The notes beneath the pieces were generated by a model. That model searched no databases. It was not told where the DNA came from and worked only from the letters and a program-made list of their open reading frames with translations. From a virus (lineage: Duplodnaviria; Caudoviricetes): a stretch of 64,000 nt of DNA. The DNA is taken from IMG/VR virus record IMGVR_UViG_3300025401_000648. The stretch is one strand, 5' to 3'. Position 1 is the first letter of the stretch. Each line of letters begins with the position of its first letter. A program made the translations under genes and the position numbers. Shown one piece after another: positions 56,501 to 63,999 of this stretch.

Positions 56501-57419
56501 GTTGTAGATTGGCTTTAAATTCAATAATAGGGCGAGTTGCTCTTTGTTGCGCAGGGTATACTGCCTGTACTCCATTTGCTAGAGCGCTAGCCGCAATCAC
56601 ATCTTGATGTACCCAACGATTATAACGTGTCCAAGCATTTAAATCTTTACTAGCTCGATTAATTGTTATATAGTCAGGACTAATAGGTAAGGATTTATTT
56701 CCATCAAAAGGAAAATCATCAAATCCATCACCATCAAAACTTTCATTATAGATTGTGGAAATTTTTCCAGCAGTTACTAATGAATTGTAGTCAATTAATA
56801 CTACGGAAGAGCCTACACCTTCGACAAAGAATTTTTTATTCAGATAATCAGAAGTTATATTTTTACCAACAAACTCAATCAGCATACCATTAGATAATGC
56901 GATAGTGGCAGTGCCTATCAATGTAGTAAATCCAGATTTGCCTACAATATCTGCTTCCACATCTAGTACATCATTTGTAATAGTTATGATCTCTGGACCA
57001 GTTACTAGCCAATAATATTCTTGATAGTTAACTAGTTTGTCCCAATCGATATGCGGATTATATGAATAAAATTCACTTCTAAATAAACGGTCAAGATTGT
57101 TAGTAATGCCGCCATTGACATTTACTTGGTTGATCAAATCGTCGTAGGCTATAACTTCTTTAATATTTGAATTGATATCATTAATAACTAGAGCTGGCTC
57201 TAAATTATATGCCGCACGTATTGGCGAAAAGTTTGAAATATAATTATCAGTGGTTGAAACATAGTTAGGAGTAACCTTACTACCAATATACCCATCAATG
57301 CGTTCTAATTGAGCAGGACGAATTAATTGATCGATAGTACTAGATAAAAATTTTGCGTTTTTATCTGTTTGAAAGTATGAGGGAAGTAAATTAACTGATT
57401 GAAAAGTTGATGTACTCAT
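44529..57419 (-). CDS. Giant (4296 aa) virion structural protein, baseplate wedge/fibre-like, with FG-GAP-type beta-propeller
   Basis: Uninterrupted ORF between gp6-like and fibre genes; repeated FG.(S/T)[VI]...[VL]GAP blades around 50200-51430; SITNPGLGYLTAPTVTV-type repeats. Confidence 0.75.
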   Translation of the reverse strand: MSTSTFQSVNLLPSYFQTDKNAKFLSSTIDQLIRPAQLERIDGYIGSKVTPNYVSTTDNYISNFSPIRAAYNLEPALVINDINSNIKEVIAYDDLINQVNVNGGITNNLDRLFRSEFYSYNPHIDWDKLVNYQEYYWLVTGPEIITITNDVLDVEADIVGKSGFTTLIGTATIALSNGMLIEFVGKNITSDYLNKKFFVEGVGSSVVLIDYNSLVTAGKISTIYNESFDGDGFDDFPFDGNKSLPISPDYITINRASKDLNAWTRYNRWVHQDVIAASALANGVQAVYPAQQRATRPIIEFKANLQLYNFGDSAIANVDWIDTETTNVFKSVEGSWGYFVDYDNTNPRLLGQGDRVIFTNDPDPLVKDKIWIVTYNIPGVGNTRQLALIPAPDHTPVTGNCVSIVNGSKYAGSSWWYNGTDWVYAQQHTKLNQPPLFDLFDDVGNSYSDTNHYISDFKGNQIFGYTPGDVYDSVLGFSIKYQNSISVGSYLFTNYFNSDVINVSQGQTSLAVSTAVTYCKFSESTGNVYTNVWSLSNGYKIPILQFQATTSTTSTIAITALDNFSNNDDIEVYVNFSKLHSNEFTLLKSLEKTVVSFAEPLATGTNVLFKLYSKTPLSNDTGYYEPPLGLTNNPLNGLLTSITLTDLQDHVQTMAEGSPEFLGKFPGLGNLRDIAGIEQYGRRLISNVNPIPFAQMFIGKKEHSVINALTKAADQYNQYKLGFLKQILILGNQSNPILAVDQALAAMNSSMNILSPYYLSDMIPYGTDVNSRTWTVTDSRNVTYPLSFDFDPSVLSLTAMLVYINNEQLLLNVDYEFNVADSSITLLTKLTPGDVLTVNQYPDTSGSYVPPTPTKLGLYPKFTPSIYLDNTYADGPVKVIQGHDGSIMVAYNDYRDAIVLEFEKRIYNNIKTQYRSDLFDINTVIPGAFNTNDYSLNEVNTILSRDFIKWAGAYGVDYTENVSFNQDEKFTWNYSGSYNELLGIPVNGNWRGIYKYFYGTDRPHTCPWEMLGFSEQPSWWTAQYGPAPYTSGNTLLWQDLEYGRNAHTDTINSLYSRPGLSNILPVDEYGNLLDPTVNLLVNYTPEGEQKNWVFGDQGPAEAAWRRSSYFPFAVQKLLALTYPAAYSSLMYDTSRIQKNIAGQWAYGVNLDYSFLSLKNITLQGVNNALTAGYSVYISEIGRQRTQNYNSELQSDINYLSYNLFHKVGGFVSQNTLQVTINAIDPTATSPGALLAPQDYSLILNVSDPISYSSISGIILQKVNGAFVVKGYDQTNPYFNVYTPVRNSATPTINVGGVTAPFVTWSNTTSYGETGLTADQTTTANTSPTGKFYQKGQYVQYGSNFYIVTVSHQSESTFNPSLYQEISALPVTGGATVQIATTFNKTIKQISYGTTFNTIQEVYDFIIGYGAWLTDQRFVFDLYSSDFGTNIDWNFTAKEFLYWSTQNWADNSVIALSPFAEKVQFTSANSVVDDIFDPFYSYNVMSANGTLIPKNRINITRQDGVCTITTLNSNDGIYFAIFRNVQKEHGMVFNNTTIFDNTAYSIETGFYQQRMKLSGFRTANWNGDYFSPGFVYDTAKVGDWTQYKDYNAGDAVYYSGNYYSAINNIDGAQKFDFTKWQVLPKKPTAGLLPNLDYKISQFQDFYSLDIDNFDSGQQKSAQYLTGYTPRPYLTNIIIDPIAQYKFYQGYIKEKGTYNAIAKLAKASIQNLQGNFTYNEEWAFRVGQYGSYSSYNELEVPLVEGTFIDNPQVIVFTATNPPVSAYDLKVYSTATDWQITPPNYVSSMTFAVNSGTLTNNAFELTTAGYVRADDVSYTTLNLDTLSAVVSSSTSVFKEGDIVWLGFKQDNDWDVLRYTESDGQIASVGINVPGVDVLVTTNGYHGLNSGELVSITEFDPTVNGVYLVTAVPNPTSFLIASTATYVANSASTTTVGLLFKFDSFRFNTFDNLSNDKKLLKLPEGTKVWIDNANNGQWGVYEKINNYSVSSANSLGNVYNQQLGYSISKRKGSNVVVVGAPGFVQSGNYGRVTVYTTNNNGGLTRKLDYYLNELSGAANSLNNDTGFGQTVVYDDNAFGSSIYGLVFAGAPTAQTTNGVVDSGLVKISSINSVSLEEVQQLVINNPSPSNYDLFGSGIYVQRTSTTTNKVMVVTAPGTVNTGTGTLNFYNLSISGSTVSATLFYRLAAPLSVGSQFGYSISGTDDASLIAVSVLGNTNTPAFVSIFSNSNGYAVANQEVTVSLPAGSGFGQKVLLSPDGTYLFVSAPYCENFDRSYGSVYVFENINGTFYESQVLTNPSGVIGVHFGTDIDINSTNNSLIISSVGSGVHGATTFDATSKFGGNTTFDADSTKFYDVINNSGTAYIYTRLASRFVFSEELSPVSTADGTNYGKAVTIDSDTALVGAPAIDNSTIASSVYLFSKIDTSTNGWKLLRSQNDLVATDTIQRVRLINTSTEEIVNYLDVIDPLKGRIAGMADQELTYKMISDPATYSIGTTANAINTLTNWADNHVGELWWDLSTVKYQWYEQGEDTFRKNTWGQVFPGSSIDVYEWVGSNLSPTEWSALADTPAGLTLGVSGQPKNPDNTVYSLVQSYDTVTQTFNNYRYYYWVKNSVIVPNVPNRRVSAYDVARVIKDPTGYGLQYASIISPHAVIVANVGGELIKSNIDLNISIDTTDNIIPKHTEWLLLQEGNETSLPNALLEKKLFDSLLGHDSVGNLVPDPALTSRTRYGIGIRPRQTMFVNRLNALRNLIEFANDILINNIITGSYNFINLNAQEEIPPVSSNLYDYTLEDTNELDTIDTSLFVTAELTCTVYDGKVRSVSITNPGLGYLTAPTVTVDGIGTGAVIKTEIDSNGRVINAIISNAGQGYVATPILTVRPYSVVVVSDSTYNGKWAIFVRDIENKTWVRARTQSYNTTLYWNYTDWSSSDFNKHKDYTTTVNYVYQIDSLVLNNGDYVKVKNNGLGNYIILEYTDSNVGTFSNHFNIVYSQNGTIQISDNIWNTQNNSLAYDEISAYDQTLYDQTPDLELNYILTALRDNIFINELRVNWNLFFFKAVKYAFTEQKLLDWAFKTSFISITNEAGVLAQPSVYLVTSSTNFENYIEEVKPYHTQIRNFTEQYSVVEPTATYTSDFEDSTSALDPIRNFDITMKFDRISASGQIGNTTTTDQFICNGSATSFVLRWLAVPNKSLIIMTLDGLRVLYSDYTIEYFTEEYNGYSKKYCQIKFLNAVPGIGQLLKITYVKDVSIQSAADRILNYYTATSGMPGLDLGQLMLGVDYPRTQLQTLAFNATTGWDESNVPFGTTPWGNDIEYYSKTTSTSTATAGTNNISLYSASATLVGQYANIISTITNVFYSTDVTVTAVTGTVVTFSSTLTSAIPPGTVIEFWNVGSNSALLDTSIDGGTWTGTNAAILTGALGVNPSDIIIDGGSTSTARVGSGFLNPDDSYAPEELVAGGSSDSLGINVYTKTPSGAPIVVSGNFNIVGGTTGTITLPILPTTTASITVTDGFQQVYSYTTSTNLTPGQFSIDWATSQLSVYVNYSAIIGYTIISVGGGSGNDAGVVAYNSVTVTDVSNAQVYCNFEFGSINSAFVTVNGSSVSLQTTSTGYGYVLGPVVDGADTRAAVTVYNLPPGTNTIQAWFFTSAHNYFNEITDQFITITDGAVNTYALNPAPGNIGPAVSNVIVQQNSRQLVGPYVSYYTVTNGNLTFKINNSRPRPTGVYAIANNSVEVYVNGIKLSGGFDFIVDNLVNTITISYSGVSDGDVVAVVDLYQQPGDGYDFNIEGSNLILSSPTLGTTIRVITYTDQDGMLLRTERFKGTISNQFKITAPPLNTNYLWLVLDGVPLVNNVDYQILSDGVTIQISDKYLIGVANTIVITYIANHTLASTVLGYRIFNDIFNRTSFKRISAKNSTYLTQPLNLTDTEIHVNDTSVLTPAIPSKKIPGVVMIAGERIEFFTITGNVLSQLRRSTLGTSPKTYSDIYTTVIDQSPSQTIPFNESIYTQTLYTTSTTATYTILTTASTATGDGITLSSGIPAMDQVQVYYGGYQLNKVGTYYQDTTLSYDSPTFKITGSVSTESLLPSTTVINTAYIVTSTNKVWIYTNSIAADAVNGYVYTGLNYLPPEFSITATQITVGAIAVDVLGAQPPNGSGWVLSQNTSTQQIAAGWTLIDANGAKYPIISAGHNSLFNGWGFGLAQAATIAWPLTFVSPVSQQITLNTLQGVGDNIKLVIIKKEFSDTTLWNNGVSLLDSTTEQAKFIQARPAVLPNSYYSGGDPDITTETGFVLTDQNNNPIEGL

Positions 57420-57421
57420 AG

Positions 57422-60400
57422 TTAATTCCCAGCACTAGTTATAATTGATTTTGTATCTAATTGACTCGCCGTGATAGCTGATATCACTTGAATATTTGCC
57501 GCAGTTGCCCCGCTTACAAAAATTTCATTATTTTGACATGCTACCTCATATAGGCTACCAAAGTTATTATTTGGATTTACAGGAACAATAACAAAGTTTG
57601 TTATGTCTGGTGTTAATAAATTCATCACGTATGTACTCAATTCACTGAAGTGGAAACTCTGACCAAAATCCCAATTTTCTAAGGCAAAGAATTTATTGAT
57701 TGCTGCCAATATTTGTGATTTAATATTATTAACACTCAATGTGCTAGTTGGACTTTGTACTGCTTTAAATGTTGCTTGTAGATTTAGATCAGCAAATGCT
57801 CCAAACAATACCTTGTATTTTACAGGCTGATATATGATCTGATCACTAATTGTTTTAATAGGTTCTAAACTAGAAGAATAATTATTTTCTAATGCCACGC
57901 TGGTTGGAGGTAAGGGCTCAGTGCCGTTACCAGTTAATAACCAATTTCTAAAAGCAATATCATAATCGCTAGTCAACATGTAGATATCAATAATATTACT
58001 CTTACTAGGATCAATTCTAGTATCCTGTCCAGTATTATGAACATATTGGAATTTAATTCCACTGCGACCCGGATAAGCTATGTAGGTTGATGCGGTGGTA
58101 TCATACAACCAAGGATTATTAATATTAGCTGTGCTTGTACTATAACTGTTGATTACGTTATAATCTGAATCATAAAAATAAAATAAATCACCTGTGGAAG
58201 GTGTAATAGTACCACTGTTGATAGCAACTATTGCGGCAGCTGGGTTAGGATAGGCAGTGAACATACTGCTATCAACTAATTCATATGTTAGGCCGTCTGA
58301 TTGAAGTTTAAAATAGACAAATTTATCTTCCCACCCAGTAATTTCATTTGTACTAGTAGTGGCTACTATTTTTTCAAAAGCATCAGGATCAACAATTTGT
58401 CCTGAATTGTTATAATCGTAAAAACTAACAACTACCTGTCTAGGTTCCACATAGCCGTCTGACTGTGTAATTGTACCATCAACCTGCCACAAATAATCTG
58501 TGCCCAAAGCCACTGAACTTGTGGTGTTTAATGTGTTGACTGACAACACTGTAATTTTATCTTTGATAACAGTATTTGTGGTAAAGTCATAGTTAATATT
58601 ATTTGAATCAATAAAGAATCCTGTTTGTTGAGCACTTTCAAACACATAGTCAGTTTGTCTGTATTGAACTGTATAACTTGTGCCGTTCCAAGAAAATGCC
58701 ACTAACCAACTGGAGTCTAAATTAGCATTACTAATATTATTTTGATATTCTAAACTAAATGGACTTACTAAATTTAGATTACTGTCAGCAATAATGTTCC
58801 AAACTCTATTGATAGAATCAAAAGATAATCCAAAATTTCTTTGAATTAGACAGAGATTTACAATTTCAGTAATAAACGAATTTGAAAAAGAATTTACAAA
58901 CACTGGAATTATTTCAACAGGAGTAGCAGTACTTGGTACCACGTTGTTCATTGTTATCGGGCCAACACCTGTACTTAATGCGCCAGTTCCGTTATTAGAA
59001 CCATCACCTATAACCTGAGATACTAAAGACCAAATATAATCTACAGTGGTAGAAGTTTTTTTGTTGATTAATGTGCCGTTAGGTAAAAAATATTGGCCAG
59101 CTGGAGGAACAAATTTAATTAATGCTCCTGACACGATATAGGCAAGATTACTATTAGAAAATCCGCCAACCGCTGTGGCAACATAAGTTGATGTATTTGT
59201 AAAATAACCTGTACTTTGTCCAGAAGATTTAGTAACCTGTACCCAACTAACTCCAGATTGTGTGAGATCAGGTCTTGGATATTGATCAAGATAAAAAGAT
59301 CTCATGGTAGAGGAGGCAATAATTGGTGTTAATCGATTTTGTATAATTGTGTAGATATCATTTTGACTATTAAATGTAAAGTCAAAACTGTTTTGTGTTA
59401 GATTTTTATATAAAATGCCGTCATCAGCAAATATGTTTGTACTAGAATATTTTCCGCTAACATCACTTAATTCAAAATACTTGCTAACGCCACTGGTTAC
59501 TCTAGCAACACTTTTAACTTTAAGTATTTCACTGCTGACATTCAAAGGAGCGATATTGTAATCCTCCCCAGTTACCATACGGTTTTGTGTGTAGTACGTT
59601 TGTGGAGCATTAGTTTGTATACTAGCGTTGGATTCAGTTCCTTGACTGTTTGACACAGTATATTCTAAAGAATATGTGATAGTCAATGTTTGACTTTGAC
59701 CTGCTTGATTTACATAAGGAATTCTAACGCTTACACCAGTCATTTGACTAGGACTAATTGTATAAGTTAGGCCATTACTTTGGCGATAAAACAAACCAAA
59801 ATCACCTGTGGGAAGATTACCAAAACTTCCATCTGAAAAGTTTAAATCAATTTGGTCACCGTTTCTAGTACTTACACTATAAAAATTTCTTGTACTGGCA
59901 TTTAAACTGTTGTATATAACATTGTTACCTGTTAGAGCAGGAACTTGTGTCCACAAAGTCTGGTATTGGCCGTTAAGCCCTTTTTGCCACAACCAAACGT
60001 CTGTGTTATTGATGTCTGTGATATTAACACCAATGATTTCATTTGGAACAGGAGCAGTTATACTGAAATTACTTGAGCTTAATGACCCTTGTCTAAAATG
60101 ACTGAAAAATCCTGTATTAGCACTGGCATTGCCCTGGTTATCATTTTGATAGATAATTGAGAAACTATTTCCTGGCTCAGGCGGTTCTTCATATATGTAG
60201 GTCTTACCAGAGAATGTAGTGCTTACGATTTCAAAAATCATAGGAGTGCCATTGATATTCTGTGTAAAACTAAACACTGGTACATCTTGATTAGAGCTAT
60301 TAATTGTATATTGTTGTACTAAAATTCCGCCAATAGTGTTTTGATCTGAAGGAGTTCCAAACCCATGTGGCGCATTAAAACTATTGTTTAATATTGTTAT

Positions 60401-60868
60401 AAATTGGTTATACCAATTTGAATTTGTGGAATCATTCCAGCCTATAGTAATATTGCTGAGATTATTGCCCAACGCATCAAACACACTGTCTGTGGTAGAA
60501 ATAGCAGACATTTTTAGTAAACCATTAGCTGGTACATTCCTAGTTGGTACGTAGCTGATCAATTGAGCCAGTCTTAAAATACTGTCTCTACGTGTCGCAG
60601 TTTCTAAAAAGTTTTCACGGGCATTTAGGTCAATACGGAAACTTAGATTTTGACCTAGGTAAGCAATTAAATCCACTAGGGCAATGTATTCACTACTATC
60701 AATGAAGTCGTTGAAGTCTTCAGGAAAATTTTCTTGAAGATACGCAATCATTATTCTACGCAGTGTTTCAAAATCATAGCTTTGGAACTCTGCGTTAGGG
60801 AAAGATTGATAGATTTTTTTCCAATCTTCTGTAACTAGATACTGTGAATTAGTTGCTGGAATTGTCAT
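57422..60868 (-). CDS. gp6: Baseplate wedge protein, T4 gp6-like
   Basis: DFETLR...LIAYLGQNLSFRIDLNARENFLETATRRDSILRLAQLISY; VTGEDY. Confidence 0.8.
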   Translation of the reverse strand: MTIPATNSQYLVTEDWKKIYQSFPNAEFQSYDFETLRRIMIAYLQENFPEDFNDFIDSSEYIALVDLIAYLGQNLSFRIDLNARENFLETATRRDSILRLAQLISYVPTRNVPANGLLKMSAISTTDSVFDALGNNLSNITIGWNDSTNSNWYNQFITILNNSFNAPHGFGTPSDQNTIGGILVQQYTINSSNQDVPVFSFTQNINGTPMIFEIVSTTFSGKTYIYEEPPEPGNSFSIIYQNDNQGNASANTGFFSHFRQGSLSSSNFSITAPVPNEIIGVNITDINNTDVWLWQKGLNGQYQTLWTQVPALTGNNVIYNSLNASTRNFYSVSTRNGDQIDLNFSDGSFGNLPTGDFGLFYRQSNGLTYTISPSQMTGVSVRIPYVNQAGQSQTLTITYSLEYTVSNSQGTESNASIQTNAPQTYYTQNRMVTGEDYNIAPLNVSSEILKVKSVARVTSGVSKYFELSDVSGKYSSTNIFADDGILYKNLTQNSFDFTFNSQNDIYTIIQNRLTPIIASSTMRSFYLDQYPRPDLTQSGVSWVQVTKSSGQSTGYFTNTSTYVATAVGGFSNSNLAYIVSGALIKFVPPAGQYFLPNGTLINKKTSTTVDYIWSLVSQVIGDGSNNGTGALSTGVGPITMNNVVPSTATPVEIIPVFVNSFSNSFITEIVNLCLIQRNFGLSFDSINRVWNIIADSNLNLVSPFSLEYQNNISNANLDSSWLVAFSWNGTSYTVQYRQTDYVFESAQQTGFFIDSNNINYDFTTNTVIKDKITVLSVNTLNTTSSVALGTDYLWQVDGTITQSDGYVEPRQVVVSFYDYNNSGQIVDPDAFEKIVATTSTNEITGWEDKFVYFKLQSDGLTYELVDSSMFTAYPNPAAAIVAINSGTITPSTGDLFYFYDSDYNVINSYSTSTANINNPWLYDTTASTYIAYPGRSGIKFQYVHNTGQDTRIDPSKSNIIDIYMLTSDYDIAFRNWLLTGNGTEPLPPTSVALENNYSSSLEPIKTISDQIIYQPVKYKVLFGAFADLNLQATFKAVQSPTSTLSVNNIKSQILAAINKFFALENWDFGQSFHFSELSTYVMNLLTPDITNFVIVPVNPNNNFGSLYEVACQNNEIFVSGATAANIQVISAITASQLDTKSIITSAGN

Positions 60869-60885
60869 ATTTTTTGCCTATACCG

Positions 60886-60892
60886 TATTTAT
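60886..60892 (-). promoter_or_regulatory. Late promoter ATAAATA
   Basis: Intergenic, 17 nt upstream of the gp6-like ATG. Confidence 0.55.
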
Positions 60893-60913
60893 TGCGGCAA
60901 TTAACCACATATA

Positions 60914-61357
60914 TTATTGTTGCTGGGCCACTAGCCCGACCTGCTGATCAAATGCCAATGCCAAATTCACAGATTGATTATTGTAATTCAGTATCAAGGT
61001 CATTTCAATCAAATATCCTTGAGGGTATTCTGAAATATCAATTTGGGTTGGATAGATCCTAGGATCGCTTTCACAGATGCTGATCACATCTTCCTTTATT
61101 TGCTCTTGTATGTCTGGAGTCAATGGTTCAAACAATAAATCCCATATGATACTACCGTATGTAGGGTTCATCACACGTTCACCGCGTCTTGTATTAAAAT
61201 GATTGATTAAATCTTGTTTAATCAAATCATAATCATATAGTTTACTACCAGTGTTAGCATTATCTAATGTGCTAAATCCTACATAGAATTGATTAGATTG
61301 CGGAGCCTGACTTTCTATAGGGTTGGAACTAGGAATTGTAAAATTTTTATATGGCAT
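60914..61357 (-). CDS. gp25: Baseplate wedge protein, T4 gp25-like
   Basis: IKQDLINHFNTRRGERVMNPTYGS...LFEP; DPRI. Confidence 0.9.
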   Translation of the reverse strand: MPYKNFTIPSSNPIESQAPQSNQFYVGFSTLDNANTGSKLYDYDLIKQDLINHFNTRRGERVMNPTYGSIIWDLLFEPLTPDIQEQIKEDVISICESDPRIYPTQIDISEYPQGYLIEMTLILNYNNQSVNLALAFDQQVGLVAQQQ

Positions 61358-61365
61358 AATGTCAA

Positions 61366-61372
61366 TATTTAT
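61366..61372 (-). promoter_or_regulatory. Late promoter ATAAATA
   Basis: Overlaps the gp5-like stop, 8 nt before the gp25-like ATG. Confidence 0.5.
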
Positions 61373-63528
61373 TACTGTGTAATCGGGCTAAAATCAGGAT
61401 TCTTACCTGCCTTACGCAATATTGCTATAGCTTCTGCTTTTTTCTGATTACCAATATTGGACATCATGCCTATGGTTATATAGCCCAAGCCAGATGGATC
61501 AAAATATGGAGCATTTGGTGTATAGTTCCATGGTTCAAAAGTTTTAGAAACTAAAATTGTATTAACATCCAATGTGTGAGCCCTGGCTGGAATGAATATT
61601 GTAGAATAAACATGCCCTATTGAAGGACTAGGAATCTTTGGATCTGGCCAGTGCCATAAATCATGGAAATATCTATAGACATAGTCCATTTGCTGTACAC
61701 GACTTAGTTGTGCTAATTGTCCAGTAGTAGTCCCTAAGCTCGCAGCCGTAGATGATATAAATTGAATTAAACCAGTAGCACTACTACGAGGATTCTTAAT
61801 TGAAGGATCCATTGTATAAGCAGTTTCAGAAAGCATACAGGCAATTAAATCAATAGGTTGGAACGTCAATGATCGAGCCACTTGAGTAACCTTTGCAAGG
61901 AAGGCATCATCCATGGCCCAAGGGGTATATGCCCCGCGAACTGTGCCTCGATCTGATGTAGGACCTGCTTTTCCTTGAAACGGTTGACTAGCTGATTGAA
62001 CACTAGTAGATCCGCTTGATGCTGTAATGTTTGAATCAGTATAGTTAAAAGAAAATAACGCAGGGTTATTATTTTCATGACCGTCCCATGGTTCATGACT
62101 TGGTACTCGTTGCATAATAGATTGAATACCATCAGATTTGTAATGAGACCCAGCCCATGTGCTGGCTGTTGAGTTAGCAGTTACGCTGAATAAATTTAGT
62201 AGAGCAGGAGTTGTTGGGTTAGCTGCAGTAGGCGGTGTGGCTTTTGGCCCATTCTGATTGATTACCCCAGCAGTCATTGTGATTGAAGATTTACCAGTCA
62301 TAGACAAATCACTGCCTGCCCCAAGAGCAAGTAGTCCGTTTGATTTTAAACTTAGATTTCCGCTGGCTGTATGATTTGATACACCTCCAACAGATGTATT
62401 ATAATCTTTGGCCACTGTTAGATTAAATCCACCAACAGCTTGGATGTACATGTCATTGCCAATTATATTAGAACTACCTTGGGCGCTGAGTGTGACGTTA
62501 CCGCCAGCTTGTCCAAAAGAAGATCCCAGAGCCGCTATGTTAACGTTTCTGCCAGCTTCTAAATTTACATCTCGATCAGCTCGGAAATTAAAATCTCCTT
62601 GTGAATGAATACTAATACTATCAGCGGCATAGATATCAATTTTTCCAGCACTGGTGAATTCCATCCATGCGGTGCCTTTACTGTTGGCTATGTAGATTAG
62701 ATCTTCTGAATTATGTAATAATATTTGATGCCCAGTTCTAGTTCTGATACGAACCAGTTCGTTGTTACCATTTAGGTCACCGTCATCCATAACAAATGTT
62801 GTACCGCCTAGTCGACTCACCGGAGCCATGACACCTTTACCAAAGGAAATATCTCCTCGCTGTGCGCCATTACTGGTATCTAACGGTCCAGGCGTACTTA
62901 TACCAAATACTTGACTAGGTACTTCTCTACGTGCGCCACTTGATGTAATACCCCTAACAGTATCTGCTAATAATCCTTGTTCTAACAATCTATAGGCAAA
63001 GGGGTGAAGTGGTCTTCCTACTGAATCTGGGTTAGGTACTTTTCCGTTATAAACTTTTTTATTATATTCTGCTACTGGCAAACTTGTTATATCTGATCCA
63101 AATTTACTGCGTTGTGCTGGCGTAAGTTCAACATGTGAACTGGCTGCAATACCTGGTACCATGTGATTTTCAAACTTATCTTCACTTGGTACACACCCTA
63201 TCCAATAGCCTTGATCAGTCTGCCCATTAATGAATATAACCATGACCTTGCTGCCAATATCTGGCGGTATCATCCACATTCCATAGGATTTTTGTGTATG
63301 ATTGAAATTAGCACTGTCGTTGCCAAGGAAACGAGCCGATGTCACTCCATAAAAAGGAGACATATATTGAACAGGCAATGCGTTTGATGGATCATTCACA
63401 AAACCTGGGACATCGGTTGTTAATACAACTTTTAATGCTCCCATAAAAGATGTATCTAGGTGATTTACTACCTCGGCAATGTAAGGGCCCGGACTAGGTA
63501 AACTTTTCGTCTGTTTATCTACTGACAT
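61372..63528 (-). CDS. gp5: Baseplate hub/spike, gp5-like: OB-fold + beta-helix + C-terminal lytic transglycosylase-like domain
   Basis: GMWMIPPDIGSKVMVIF...YWIG (OB-fold); GKIDIYAADSISIHSQGDFNF repeats; LSET...SATGLIQF...QQMDYVYRYF (SLT-like). Confidence 0.8.
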   Translation of the reverse strand: MSVDKQTKSLPSPGPYIAEVVNHLDTSFMGALKVVLTTDVPGFVNDPSNALPVQYMSPFYGVTSARFLGNDSANFNHTQKSYGMWMIPPDIGSKVMVIFINGQTDQGYWIGCVPSEDKFENHMVPGIAASSHVELTPAQRSKFGSDITSLPVAEYNKKVYNGKVPNPDSVGRPLHPFAYRLLEQGLLADTVRGITSSGARREVPSQVFGISTPGPLDTSNGAQRGDISFGKGVMAPVSRLGGTTFVMDDGDLNGNNELVRIRTRTGHQILLHNSEDLIYIANSKGTAWMEFTSAGKIDIYAADSISIHSQGDFNFRADRDVNLEAGRNVNIAALGSSFGQAGGNVTLSAQGSSNIIGNDMYIQAVGGFNLTVAKDYNTSVGGVSNHTASGNLSLKSNGLLALGAGSDLSMTGKSSITMTAGVINQNGPKATPPTAANPTTPALLNLFSVTANSTASTWAGSHYKSDGIQSIMQRVPSHEPWDGHENNNPALFSFNYTDSNITASSGSTSVQSASQPFQGKAGPTSDRGTVRGAYTPWAMDDAFLAKVTQVARSLTFQPIDLIACMLSETAYTMDPSIKNPRSSATGLIQFISSTAASLGTTTGQLAQLSRVQQMDYVYRYFHDLWHWPDPKIPSPSIGHVYSTIFIPARAHTLDVNTILVSKTFEPWNYTPNAPYFDPSGLGYITIGMMSNIGNQKKAEAIAILRKAGKNPDFSPITQ

Positions 63529-63540
63529 GTTAGATCCTTA

Positions 63541-63999
63541 TCATTTGTTTACAATTTTGGTAACCGGCGATTGTGCCTGTTGAGCCAGCTGTTTAGAATA
63601 TGCTTCAGCATTTGCCCTTACCTGATCCAGAATTATCGTTCTGGCATTAGGATCAAGTCCTGGCGTATTTGCCTTTTGAGTAAGGAACCGCTGTGTTTCA
63701 GAATATGACTGGGCTGTCTGTGTCGCAGGCTGTGTAGCAGTTTTATTAGCATCCTGAGATAATTGGGCTTCTGGATTAGGTTTATTAACAAACCCTTCAG
63801 GTTCTGTTCCCGATTTGACTGGATTGACACCTGTAGTATCTGTCTGTGGCGGACGTCTTATACCCATTCTCTGTTTGAAAACCCCATTTTTAAAACTACT
63901 TACTAGTATTGTTGGCACATATACTCCACTGAAAGGAACTTGCTCTGGTATAAAAATAGCCATACCACCATCACCTGTTGTGGTTACTGCTTGAAAATC
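63541..63999 (-). CDS. C-terminal part of a baseplate hub-type protein (5' end outside window)
   Basis: Frame is open from the window edge; FSGVYVPTILVSSFKNGVFKQ resembles gp27-like hub C-termini; directly upstream of gp5-like. Confidence 0.5.
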   Translation of the reverse strand, partial: DFQAVTTTGDGGMAIFIPEQVPFSGVYVPTILVSSFKNGVFKQRMGIRRPPQTDTTGVNPVKSGTEPEGFVNKPNPEAQLSQDANKTATQPATQTAQSYSETQRFLTQKANTPGLDPNARTIILDQVRANAEAYSKQLAQQAQSPVTKIVNK

